Of a stretch of 64,000 nucleotides of DNA, positions 1-11,053 are shown piece by piece. Origin of the DNA: Octopus sinensis. Taxonomy: Eukaryota. Below the pieces are notes generated by a model. The model had not been told where the DNA came from. It did not search any database and was given only the letters and a program-made list of their open reading frames with translations. The translations under genes were made by a program, and so were the position numbers. Every line of letters starts with the position of its first letter. Within the stretch, counting starts at the first letter, position 1. The DNA lies in assembly GCF_006345805.1 (NCBI RefSeq), contig NC_043021.1:8122001-8186000 (forward strand), read 5' to 3'.

Positions 1-189
1 AAGTTCACTGTACCCCTTTCACTTTTTCTATATTTTTTCAAGTCTTGCTGACACAGAGTTACTAGATTATTGCCTGATTAAAAGAATATATATATGTATG
101 TAGAAGATGTGTAAGGTTTTTAAGGACACCTTTTTCATAAACTCTCAATTTCTTCTAACCTATCTTTTTTAATTTACTTTTCAGATAAA

Positions 190-860
190 CCATCATCATC
201 ATCATCTAACGTGCGCTTTCCATGCTGGTATGGGTTAGATGGTTTGACTGAAAACTGGTAAGCTGGGGTGGGGCTGCACCAGGTTCTGATCTGATTTGGC
301 AAGGTTTCTATGACAGGATGCCCTTCCTAATGCCAACCACTCCGAGAATGTAGTGGGTGTTTTTTACATGCAACCAGCATGGGTGCCAATGACCTGACAC
401 CAGCATCAACCACAACTATGGTCTCACTTGGCTTGACAGATCTACACAAGCTCAGTATATCGCCAAGGGTCTTAGTCATCTGTTACTGCCTCCATGAGGC
501 CCAATGCTCAAACAGTGCTTTTTACGTGCCACTGGCATGGGTGCCAGTCAGACAGCACTGACATCAGCCATGACTATGAATTCACTCGATTCAACAAGTC
601 TTCACAAACACAGCATATTGCCCAACGATTGAAGGGTGCTTTCAACAGGCCAGTTAAGTGACACTAGCATTGGCCACAACTACGATCTTACTTGGCTTGA
701 CACCATAGCCTTTTTGAGACCCAACACTCAAACGGTACCTTTTATGTGCCACCAACATGGGTGCAAGTCAGACAGCACTGGCATTGGCCACGACTACGAT
801 TTCACTCAGTTCAACTGGTCTTTACAAGCATAGCATATTGCCCAATGATTGAAGAATCCC
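190..860 (-). mobile_element. SINE / non-autonomous RTE-related element, family C, with (GAT)n tail and internal GGCACGTAAAAAGCACC-type repeats (representative copy)
   Basis: Shared core GGATGCCCTTCCTAACGCCAACCACTCCGAGAGTGTAGTGGGTGCTTTT; further copies near 3368, 3832, 4611, 10260, 12685, 12980, 15520, 26275, 34000, 40327, 41987, 43172, 44273, 52577, 56215. Confidence 0.8.
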
Positions 861-1129
861 AGATATCAGGTTGACACAGCAAATGAAAAGGCATGCTGTA
901 ATGATTGCCTTAAAAGAGACCTTTTGTTACCAACAAAAGTAGAAGCTCTCTGAACTTTGCCCAACCTATTCATATTCTAGCACTTTGCCCAGCCTACACA
1001 CAAATATTGCTTAGAAACAAATAAGAGTTGGCAATAGGAAGGACATTTGGCCATATAAAAGATACAGAGATAGCTCGCTCCCTGAAAGTGGCTTGATCCT
1101 TCATAGTCAAAGTTTGTAAGAAGCTGGAA

Positions 1130-1440
1130 GCTGCTAAATGCAAAGTGCATGCCCAGGGTCCTAATACAATCAGATCACATAACTTTGTACAAAATGTCCA
1201 AGAAATAATCTATAAAACCTTGGAAAGTCAATCAGAGCCATTGCAAAGGACCTCAAAGTCTCAGAATGCACTATCGGAAGAGTTACTTTGAGGGCATCTG
1301 GTACAAGTTGTATGTAATGCAGAGGGATCAGTTTATGTCAGATGTGACAATAGAGAATCATTTGCTCTGGGTAAAGCACTTGCTAAACAAGTTAAAACAT
1401 CAAGAACCTGGAATGCTTTGGTTTTTCTCTGATGAGAAAA
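1130..1440 (+). mobile_element. Decayed Tc1/mariner-superfamily transposase fragment (maT/DD37D-like)
   Basis: LLNKLKH...LWFFSDEKN (first catalytic Asp); a related 3' end (CRRFRSCLEDMVEDNGNFIE) lies at ~56690-56960. Confidence 0.6.
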
Positions 1441-1786
1441 ACTTAATTGTACACGTATCCCTGAAATGCTTAGCCGCTTACAAGCTAATTCAATGAACTA
1501 GTAATTCAGATGATCTAACAACTGAGTAATCATTGTCGAAAACAGCTGGAGTTTCACTTTTACTTTTTATATGAATGCATGCATGTCGTGGCGTTCTATC
1601 TGCACTTGTTTTTACTTTACGGACAAATCGAAAAAAAAAAAGGAAAAAAATCTCAATAATTCTCAGAATATTGCATAGCATTCTCTGAACGCAGCAATTT
1701 TTACTTTTAAACCCCACCGTTCTTCTCTAATTTGTAGTATAATTGTATGCGCTCCATGCGTTAAATGCTCGATCATAGCATACCTA

Positions 1787-2009
1787 TTTCTTTATTACCC
1801 ACAAGGGGCTAAACATAGATGGAACAAACAAGGACAGACATAGGTATTAAGTCGATTACATCGACCCCAGTGCGTAACTGGTACTTAATTTATCGACCCC
1901 GAAAGAATGAAAGGCAAAGTCGACCTCGGCGGAATTTGAACTCACAGCGTAACGACAGACGAAATACGGCTACGCATTTCGCCCGGCGTGCTAACGTTTC
2001 TGCCAGCCC
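1787..2009 (-). mobile_element. tRNA-derived SINE family B (possibly Meta/MESC-domain type) with 10-bp TSD AGCATACCTA
   Basis: Head (G)GCTGGCAGAAACGTTAGCACGCCGGG, B-box-like GAGTTCAAATTC, core GGTCGACTTTGCCTTTCATCCTTTCGGGGTCGATAAA; other copies 7230-7366, 14324-14531, 48594-48823, 50111-50330, 62161-62390, 62745-63344. Confidence 0.88.
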
Positions 2010-2111
2010 AGCATACCTAGGGCTAAACAGTAAGAAGAAAAGTAACGACAATTTAATCAAGGGAGATAACTCTAAACTCGATACCGACAAGAGGTCAAAA
2101 CGATAAAAAGC

Positions 2112-2166
2112 ATGTTGGAAAACTTGCTCAGAGGTTCTGAACAATCAAAAGTTGTTTTGATACAAG
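2112..2166 (+). CDS. ELP5: Elongator complex protein 5, exon 1 of 8 (MLENLLRGSEQSKVVLIQ)
   Basis: ATG at 2112, donor AG|GTAATT, phase 1; matches the ELP5 N-terminus pattern (human MLDSLL...VLLRD, recalled). All 8 exons join in frame to 909 nt = 302 aa + stop. Confidence 0.88.
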
Positions 2167-4026
2167 GTAATTAATCATTTGGACTTCTTTTTGCGTCTTT
2201 AATATCCTTGATGGAACAGGAATGTTATACCTTCTCAGTTCTCGTCCCCTAAGTATTTCATGCTTCATGCCTGGAAATCGTTTCTGCTGTTAAATTTGTT
2301 TTAAACCTTTTTCTGCTTTGTATTTTCGTGTTTTTTTTTTTTAGAATTATTTTCGTCTGCTGGGAAGAATACTTCGGATAATAGGTTGAAGAATGGTTCT
2401 TTGGATTTGCTTCTCTTAGCAAAGAACAATGTCTTTCCCCCCCCCCCACTTTTTTGTGAAATATACTGGGTCTACTCTACACATATTGTTGATCTTTAAT
2501 CCCATGCCAGTCCCACCGGAACACTTATACTCAAAAACAACCAAATCGGGACTGGCAACCCTTTATATTAATAGTAGCCCTTCATATTACAGTTCTAAAC
2601 TCGCAAAAAGAAAACCAAAAAAAAAACAGAAGCCAGAGTACGAAAAAAACAAAAAACAAACACGAATGTCATTAAATTCTCGAAAGAAACAAACAATAGT
2701 CTCTCATTTATGTATGCGTAATAATGTTTCTTTTTTTTTTGTTAGTATAAAATGTAATTTTGTGTGTGTGCAAAGCAAGGATAACTTCGTTTAATCTAAT
2801 CCAATATGACATCATCACCAATACTCGTTTAATAAGCTACGAAACAAGAAGTCCAGCTTCCTGAAGCGTTGTCCCTCAAAGTCGTGTATTATATAAAGCA
2901 ATACGATTCCTTTGAAATATATATTTTTTTTACGCAGTTATATATTTTATACTGAAGGGAAAAACAACATTAAATATTGTAAACTGTATTTCATTTGGGT
3001 GTGTTTGTAAGCATAACTTTGTTGTGAAGAAGTTCGTTCGCTAGTCAAGGTTTCGTGTTTCGGTCTCCAAGCGTAGCACCTTGAGCAGTTGTCTTCAATT
3101 ATAGGTTTGTGAATGGATTTGGTAGACATTATATATATATAGTTGGCGATGTGTGTGTCTGTTTGTCCCCCACAACTGTTTGACAACCGGTGTTGGTGTG
3201 TAACTTCACGGTTCCTTAAAAGAGACCGATTAATTAAGTAACAGGCTTTAAACAAATAACTACTGGGGTTGATTCATTCAACTAAAAAATTTTCAAGCCA
3301 GTGCCCCATCATATTGCTTTAGTCTAATGACTGAAACAAGTAAAAGATATAAGATATATATATATATATCATCATCGTTTAACGTCCGCTTTCCATGCTA
3401 GCATGGGTTGGACGATTTGACTGAGGACTGGCGAAACAGATGGCTGCACCAGACTCCAATCTTGATCTGGCAGAGGTTCTACAGCTGGATGCCCTTCCTA
3501 ATGCCAACTACTCTGAGATTGTAGTGGGTGCTTTTACGTGCCACCGGCACGGGGGCCAGTCAGGTGGTACAGGCAACGACCTCGCTCAAATGTTTTTTCA
3601 CGTGCCACCAGCACAAGTGTCAGTAAGGCGACGCTGGTAACGATCCCGCTCGAATGGTGCCTCCTATGTGCCACCAGCACGGAAGCCAGTTAGCCGCTCT
3701 GGCAACGATCACGCTCGGATGGTGCTCATAGCGCCCCACTAGCATGGGGCACAAGTGCCAGTAAGGTGACACTGGTAACGATCATGCTTGAATGGTGCCT
3801 TTCGAGCCAGGGAAAAGCACTACTGGTGCTATCATCATCATCATCATCATCATTTAACGTCCGCTTTCCATGCTGGCATGGGTTGGACGGTTCAACTGGG
3901 GTCTGAGGAGCCCGAAGGCTGCACCAGGCCAGTCAGATCTGGCAGTGTTTCTACAGCTGGATGCCCTTCCTATATCTTTTGTCTTTATATATGTATGTTT
4001 GTGTGTGTGTGAAGGCATATACATAC

Positions 4027-4610
4027 ACGGGTTGGACAAAATAACAGAAACACCTTAAAATTTCAAACAAATTTATTTTAATATGAGGTAGGACTGCATT
4101 TGGCAGTAATGACAGCCTGAATTCTATGAGGTCTGAATTCGTACAAAGTTTGAATTGTTTCCAAAGGAATTTTTGTCCATTCTTCAGTTAAAACAGTCTC
4201 CAGTTCTTGTAGTGCTGATGGTGGAGGATATCAACTCCTTAATTGTTTTTCTAAAATGCACCATAAATGTTCAATAATATTGAGATCTAGGGACTGTGGT
4301 GCCCAGATAAGACGTTCAACTTCATTAGAATGTTCCTTGTGCCATTCAGTAACAACTTTAGCTGTGTGAATTGGTGCATTATCATCCTGAAAGATTGTAT
4401 TTCTCTCCAGAAACAGTTCCGCAACCATAAGATGAATTTGATCAGATAAAATGCTTAAATAGTTTTCTGCCATGAAGGGAACCCATTGGGCTAGTGGATT
4501 TCCAAGATATAGCCCCCAGATCACCACAGATCCTCCTCCATGTTTAACATTTAGAAGAAGGCAGTCTGGGTCAAATGCTTCTTTTGGCTGTCTCCATACG
4601 TATACTTGGC
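4027..4610 (-). mobile_element. Tc1-like transposon 3' half, interrupted by a family-C element
   Basis: KHGGGSVVIWG, FQDDNAPIH, WAPQSLDLNIIEHLW motifs; TIR-like CACGGGTTGGACAAAATAA after TA. Confidence 0.9.
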
Positions 4611-5317
4611 CATCATCATCATCATCATCGTTTAGCGTCTGCTTTCCATGCTGGCATGGGTTGGACGGTTCAACTGGGGTCTGGGAAGCCAGAAAGCTGC
4701 ACCAGGCCCAGTCTGATCTGGCAATGTTTCTACGGCTGGATGCCCTTTCTAACGCCAACCACTCCATGAATGTAGTGGGTGCTTTTTACGTGCCACTGGC
4801 ACAGGTGCCAGACGAAGCTGGCAAATGGCCACAATCAGATGGTGCTTTTTAGTGCCTCCGGCGGTTGAAAATAAGGTAAAAGATGACTCATCCGAGAAAA
4901 TAACATCCTTTCAGGTTCAATAAATCAAGTACCAGTGAAACACTGGGGTTGATGTAGTCAACTATACCCCTCCCCCAAATTTCAGGTCTTGTGCCTACAG
5001 TAGAAAAGATTATTATTTTTATTATTATTATTATGGCGGTGAGCTGACAGGATCGTTAGCATGCTGGGTGGAATGCTTGAAGCATTTCTTCCGTCTTAAC
5101 ATTCTGGGTTCAAATTCTGCCTAGGTTGACTTTACCTTTTAGTCTTTCAGGGTCAATGAAATGAATACCAGTTGAGTACTGGGGTTGATGTAATCGATTA
5201 GCCCCCTCCCCCAAAATTTCAGGCCTTGTGCCTATATTAGAAAGGATAGTTATCATCATCATCATCATCATCATCACTTTGTTTAATTAGACTTTAAGAT
5301 ACCAATTTTCATTTCAG

Positions 5318-5378
5318 ATACAGTAAAACAATCTGGTTACCCACTGACTGCATGCTTTCTCAAATTTCTATCGACCAG
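5318..5378 (+). CDS. ELP5: ELP5 exon 2 (DTVKQSGYPLTACFLKFLSTR)
   Basis: tttcAG acceptor, AG|GTTCGT donor, phase 1->2; corresponds to DSVEWEGRSLL of vertebrate ELP5. Confidence 0.88.
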
Positions 5379-5619
5379 GTTCGTATATGGGTCTTTCATT
5401 ATTTATTTTTATTTTTTTAAACTCATTTAACTGTCTCACTCAAGATAGCATTGGAAACATGTAATAAAATATCTTTTTTTCCAGAGTCAAGGATCTTGTC
5501 TTGTTGTCAGGGAGGCTGTCAGAAGGAGAAAGTTATTCTAAAGAAAGTTATCAGTTCCATTGTGGATGACACCAGTCTTTGTGGATATCCAAAGGAATCC
5601 TGTATGGACAATATCCACT

Positions 5620-5832
5620 TTAACCTTTTAGCATTTAAACCAGCTAGATCCAGCCAAAATATTCTATGTGTTTTATGTTCAAACTGGCCAGATCTGGCTT
5701 CTTACAACTGTCCTACTATATCATTCTAAATATAAACAATCATAGCATCAAAGTCTCAAAGCTGGCAGATAATGCGTGATTGATTCAAAACAACATGAAT
5801 AAATAAGAATAATCTGAATGCTAAAGGGTTAA
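5620..5832. mobile_element. piggyBac-like MITE (TTAA-CC(C)TTT ... AAAGGG-TTAA)
   Basis: Short TIRs with TTAA flanks; related copies 12241-12468, 55759-55985, 55981-56195; a second family at 27191-27563 and in the 8225-9025 duplication. Confidence 0.7.
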
Positions 5833-6989
5833 GCTAATTTTTTTTTATATATATTGTTATTTTATACATACATACATACATACACATATGCATACATACA
5901 TATGAATGTACATACATATATGTATTTACATATGTATGTATGTACTACATAGGTATGTATGCACGCACACATATTCATACATACATATATATCATGAACT
6001 AGCTGTTACTTTCTCAGATGCAGCACGAAGCTTTGTCAGTGAACAGGTCGCAGTCTCAAAGCGACAAAAATATTTTAGCAAATTAAATTTAAATGTTGAA
6101 GTGAATCTAATGGTTTTTGTGTGTTTCTTAAATGGCTTATGAACACCTTCCACGCTGCAATTGTTATTTTATTTATTTTTCATAAATTATCATCATCATC
6201 ATTATATTAACACCCACTTTTCCATGCTCACATGGGTTGGATGGAATTTGTTGAGATGGATTTTCTATGACCAGACACCCTTTCTATTATTGATCCTCGC
6301 CTGTTTCCAAGTAAGGTAATATGTTTCTGTGGAAGATTGGGAACAAAGGACATCACCTGCAGAATCTTGGTAAAACTCACAAAGACAACATCATGTGATG
6401 GCAAGGTAAAGAGATAGTAACACATGCCCATACACACACAAATATATATATATATATATATTGGATTGTTCGGAAAGTTTGCACCAATTTATAGTAGCTT
6501 ACCTTTCAACTTATTTTAGAACATGGTTGAGTCCATAAAATAGGATTTTACTAAATCTCCATTTAGAGCACAGGTTAAGCTATCTTTTCATGGAAGAAGG
6601 TTGATGTTCCTATAACCTGTGTTAATTCTGTAACCCTTTAAAATGGAAGATAAGAAAGTTCATTTTCGGCACTTGATGCTTTGGGAACCAGACAAAAATT
6701 GCTGCAGCTCAGCTGGGATGTGTTACCCCACCCTCCATATTAAACAGATATTGCTCCTTCAGAATGAAACAAATAGCAGATAAAGCATTGCGGGTTTATA
6801 CACTTGACTAAAACTCTCAAGCCCAGTGCCCCAGCATGGCCACAGTCCAATAAATGAAGTCATAAAAGAATAGAAAAATGTCTAAGTTAACCCTTCATCT
6901 CTTCGGAACTAATACAGTAAATACCAGTTGTACTCAACTATATCCTTTCCCTTCACATTCTTTATTGTTATTGTTATTATTATCATTAG

Positions 6990-7070
6990 ATATGAGCAAG
7001 TTCATGTGCTGCTTCTTGATCCGAGTGCTGAATGTTTAAGGAACATCGTCCCCGAAGAAAATATATCAAG
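6990..7070 (+). CDS. ELP5: ELP5 exon 3 (YEQVHVLLLDPSAECLRNIVPEENISR)
   Basis: cattAG acceptor, AG|GTACGT donor, phase 2->2; EQVH motif. Confidence 0.92.
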
Positions 7071-7904
7071 GTACGTGTGTTACTTTACATTTGTCAAAAG
7101 TGATTTACTGCAAATCATCAAGTCGGTAGCCAGTCAAATTATTACAGTTAATGAAATGGGTTTTCTCCCTTGTCCTTACCGTATTTCCATCGAAATACTC
7201 TGCCTTAAGTCAAGGCGGAGGTATTGTTTCGACTTTGCCTTTCATCCTTTCGGGGTCGATAAATTAAGTACCAGTTACGCACTGGGGTCGATGTAATCGA
7301 CTTAATACCTATGTCTGTCCTTGTTTGTCCCCTCTGTGTTTAGCCCCTTGTGGGTAATAAAGAAATAGGTATTGTTTGCAGTCTTGTTTGTTTGTCTGTA
7401 GACAAGATATCTCAAGAACTGCTGGATGGATCCGAATGAAACTTTCAGAGATGTTTGGCCTTCTGACTGGCAGGAACTAATTAGATTTTGGGATCGATCC
7501 TGTACCGGACACGGATTCTGGATCATTTGTTATATTTACTTTACTTTGCATGAAGTATTACAATCTTACGTTCTTTAAAGTCTTTTTCTGATTATCTCTT
7601 TTACAAATCATCTCCAGCTAATTGTTGAGAGGATGCTGGTGTTGCTTTAGCGGAGGTTTGTGTTCCTTGAGTGCTCTTGTTTCAATTAATTTTGAAATAT
7701 ATGGTAGCAGGCTGACAGAATCGTTAGCACACCAGGTAAAATGCATAGGGGCACTCTCTCTGTTTTTACATTTTGAGTTCAAATTCTGCCAAGGTCAGCT
7801 TTGCCTCTTGTTCTTTCAGGGTCGATAAAATAAGTACCAGTTTCAGGATTGATTTAATTGATTTAGCCCCTTCTCTGAAATTGTTGGACATATGCCAAAA
7901 TTTG

Positions 7905-8250
7905 AAAGAAATGAAGAATTTAGTATAATTCCAATTGAAGTCGGATGTAGAGGGTTTGTTGGACACAGTGTGAGACGACTGTTGTTATCGTTAGGCCTAA
8001 CTCATTGTAAAGTCAATACCAGCATGACCGATATCCAAACTACAGTGGAGAAGGCTTACCACTGGATTTGGTTAAAAAGAGATGATGAGCAATGGATAGA
8101 GAAATAGTGAGCTTTATTTTATAACCAGTTGATCTAGCAAGCGGGGTCTCATATTAGTGAGGGGGGCCGGTGTGCATTGATGCCGTCAAGAGGTAGGCTC
8201 CGAAACAGTGCGCATTCTCTCCTGATGACCCCATACACTTGCTGGCTTCC
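7905..8250 (+). mobile_element. 3' end of an RLE-type non-LTR retrotransposon (HERO-like)
   Basis: IPIEVGCRGFVG...EKAYHWIWLKR matches the C-terminus of HERO-clade ORFs as recalled; followed by a 3'UTR. Confidence 0.75.
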
Positions 8251-8454
8251 GGTAACCCAGCTGAAACCGGCTCTGGCTCTGAGTACAAATGTCTTGTTTT
8301 CATAAGTTTTGAATTAAAATCTTCCACCAAACCTTAGTCACAATTTATGTTCCTAACACTAGCTTAATGATACACTAAGTTATTTTACTAAATTCTTCAT
8401 TATATTTAAAGTAATTGAAAGAAACACAGAGCATCTCAAAATAAATACAGTAAT

Positions 8455-8733
8455 AATAATAATAATAATAATAAACATTGTGTACAGTGCTCAGGTGCAC
8501 TACAACTCATCGAAAGTGTATATATAATCAGGTGTAGTTTCGGCGGATTTCGGAAACCATGAGGGCCTTAAAGGATGCAGTGTCATGGCAGTCAACAACT
8601 GACGCAGGCAGTTTGTTCCATGCTTCAGCAACTCTGGGCGTGAAAAAATGTTTCCGAAAGTCATGGGAGCTGTGTTGTTTTCTGACTTTGTAGGCATGTC
8701 CACGTGTGTTGGACACATGGAGATCAAAAAGGT
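8455..8733 (-). mobile_element. 5'-truncated CR1-type LINE 3' end with (ATT)n tail, TSD GTAAT
   Basis: TRGH...RKHFFTPRVAEAWNKLP motif; the empty site is present in the adjacent duplicate at ~8990. Confidence 0.88.
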
Positions 8734-9083
8734 GTAATGAAAGGGTTAAAACGATGAGGAGGATGTTATGACCCCATACACTTGCTGGCTTCCGGTAACC
8801 CAGCTGAAACCGGCTCTGGCTCTGAGTACAAATGTTTTGTTTTCAAAAGTTCTGAATTAAAATCTTCCACCAAACCTTAGTCACAATTTATGTTCCTAAC
8901 ACTAGCTTAATGATAACTAAGTTATTTTACTAAATTCTTCATTATATTTAAAGTAATTGAAAGAAACACAGAGCATCTCAAAATAAATACAGTAATGAAA
9001 GGGTTAAAACAATGAGGAGGATGTTTTTTTTTCTTGAACTTTCTCAAAAGAAGTCAATAATTTGTCATTTTCCATTGTTCCAG

Positions 9084-9313
9084 ATGTATCTATCACAACC
9101 TATACTCTGATCCCCTAAACTGGTTAGGCAATGCAGATGTTACAGTTACAAGCACAGATTTCATTGACTTCCTCCGGCGCAGGGTCACCAGTTCAGTTCA
9201 CAATGTTGCCGTTGTCATTTGTTCTCTAACCAGCTTGATAATTCATCGGTCTCCAGCTTATACCTGCCAGTTCTTAGAGAAATTAGGAAACAGACATTCG
9301 TCACCATTTCCTG
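9084..9313 (+). CDS. ELP5: ELP5 exon 4 (CIYHNLYSDPLNWLG...HSSPFP)
   Basis: ttccAG acceptor, G|GTAAGT donor, phase 2->1; YHxxxxDPLNW motif conserved in ELP5. Confidence 0.95.
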
Positions 9314-9624
9314 GTAAGTACATGTGTATGGCTGAGTGGTTAAGAAGCTCACTTGGTAACCGCATGGTTTTGAGTTCAGTCCTATTGTGCAGTACCGTGA
9401 GCTTCGTGATAAAACAAGGTCTTGTGAATGTATTTGGTGGATGGAAACTGTGTGGAAATTCATTGCACACGTGAGTGTGCATGTGTATATGTGCATGCAT
9501 GAGTATGTGAGAAAGTTGGGACAAAAGAGTACAACAGGGGTCACCACCACCCCCTGCCGGAGCCTCCTGGAGCTTTTAGGTGTTTTCGCTCAATAAACAC
9601 CTGTTTGTTTAATAAAATAAAATA

Positions 9625-9870
9625 TATGCGCTCTTTTAAAGCCTAGCCAGGCTCATGGGCCTGGTTTCCCGGTTTCAATGGTCTATGTGTTCCCCAGCTG
9701 GACGTGATGCCAGTCCATCGCAGCATTACCCATTTTTGCCAGCTGAGTGGACTGGAGTGATGTGAAATGAAGTGTTTTGCTCAAAAACACGCGTCGCCCG
9801 GTCCAGGAATCGAAACTACAATCTTACGATCATGATGCCGACACCCTAACCACTAAGCCACGTGCCTCCA
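9625..9870 (-). mobile_element. tRNA-derived SINE family D (V-domain-like CTGCGATGGACTGGCATCCCGTCCAG)
   Basis: tRNA-like head GGAGGCACGTGGCTTAGTGGTTAGGG; related copies 11405-11655, 11850-12150, 35505-35815. Confidence 0.78.
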
Positions 9871-10874
9871 CGTTAGTTTGTTTACATCTCTGTAACTTAC
9901 CAGTTTGACAAAAAAAGACTGATAAAATAAGAGCCAGGCTTAAAATTCTGGACATCACCTTGGAGGACGCAGAGGGGCTGGCACAGGTCCGCCAGCAATG
10001 GAGAGCACTGGTGGATCTAGTCGGCTCTATGCATGATGACATCTTAGGGACCATTAACCTTGGACAACCTCAGCCCCCTCATGCAAGAGCATGAAGCAAG
10101 GCTTAAAATTAGTGTTGCAGTCAATTTGTTCCACTGCCCCTGTTGAATGACCACAAAGAGGTTCTCTTGTTGACTCAACCCTTATCTACTTACTGTTAGG
10201 TGTACAGAGTCAGAAGGAGTTAAATGTTTTGGCCATTGAGACAGTTCAGGTCTAGTGACATCAGACTCCAATCTGATCTGGCAGAGTTTCACCAGCTGGA
10301 TGCCCTTCCTAACGCCAACCACTCTGAGAGTGTAGTGGGTGCTTTTACGTGCCACCGGCATGAGGGCCAGTCAGGCAGTACTGGCAACGGTCATGCTCAA
10401 ATGGTGCTTTTTATGTGCCACCTGCACAGGAGCCAGTCCAGTGGCACTGGCAACGACCTCGCTCAAATGTTTTTACAGCTGGATGCCCTTCCTAACGCCA
10501 ACCACTCTGAGAGTGTAGTGGGTGCTTTTACGTTCCACCGGCACGAGGGCCAGCCAGGCAGTACTGGCAACGGCCATGCTCAAATGGTGCTTTTTATGTG
10601 CCACCTGCACAGGAGCCAGTCCAGCGGCACTGGCAACGACCTCGCTCGAATGTTTTTACTGCTGGATGCCCTTCCTAACGCCAACCACTCTGAGAGTGTA
10701 GTGGGTGCTTTTACGTGCCACCAGCATGAGTGCGAGTATGGTGACGCAGGTAATGATTACACTCGAACGGTGTTTTTTACGTGCCCATCGGCACGGAGGC
10801 CAGCTTCTTGCTCTGGCAACGATAATTAGATGTCACTTATTATGATAGTGATTTGTACTCTTGTATATTTCCAG

Positions 10875-11053
10875 ATGTTTCTATTGGTCAAGTCGTATCT
10901 CTAGTACACCAGGACCTACACAATGAATATACTTTAAAACAACTTCGATATGTTTCAAGCAGTGTGATAAGCCTTCTGGAAGATTCATCAGTGAATCATC
11001 TCACCAACTGCAATGTGGTTCATCGCCGACTTTCTGGAAAGATCTTCAAAAGT
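10875..11053 (+). CDS. ELP5: ELP5 exon 5 (DVSIGQVVSLVHQDLH...HRRLSGKIFKS)
   Basis: tttccAG acceptor, GTTAGT donor, phase 1->0; LxHxDLH and RRxSGK motifs. Confidence 0.95.

Noticed and set aside
8195-8240. Hammerhead in the HERO 3'UTR (CGAAAC ... CTGATGA)
   Set aside because: Could not form the required stems.
10224-10829. 201-aa ORF with three internal repeats
   Set aside because: Antisense reading of a family-C repeat with a 183-bp period, inside ELP5 intron 4.
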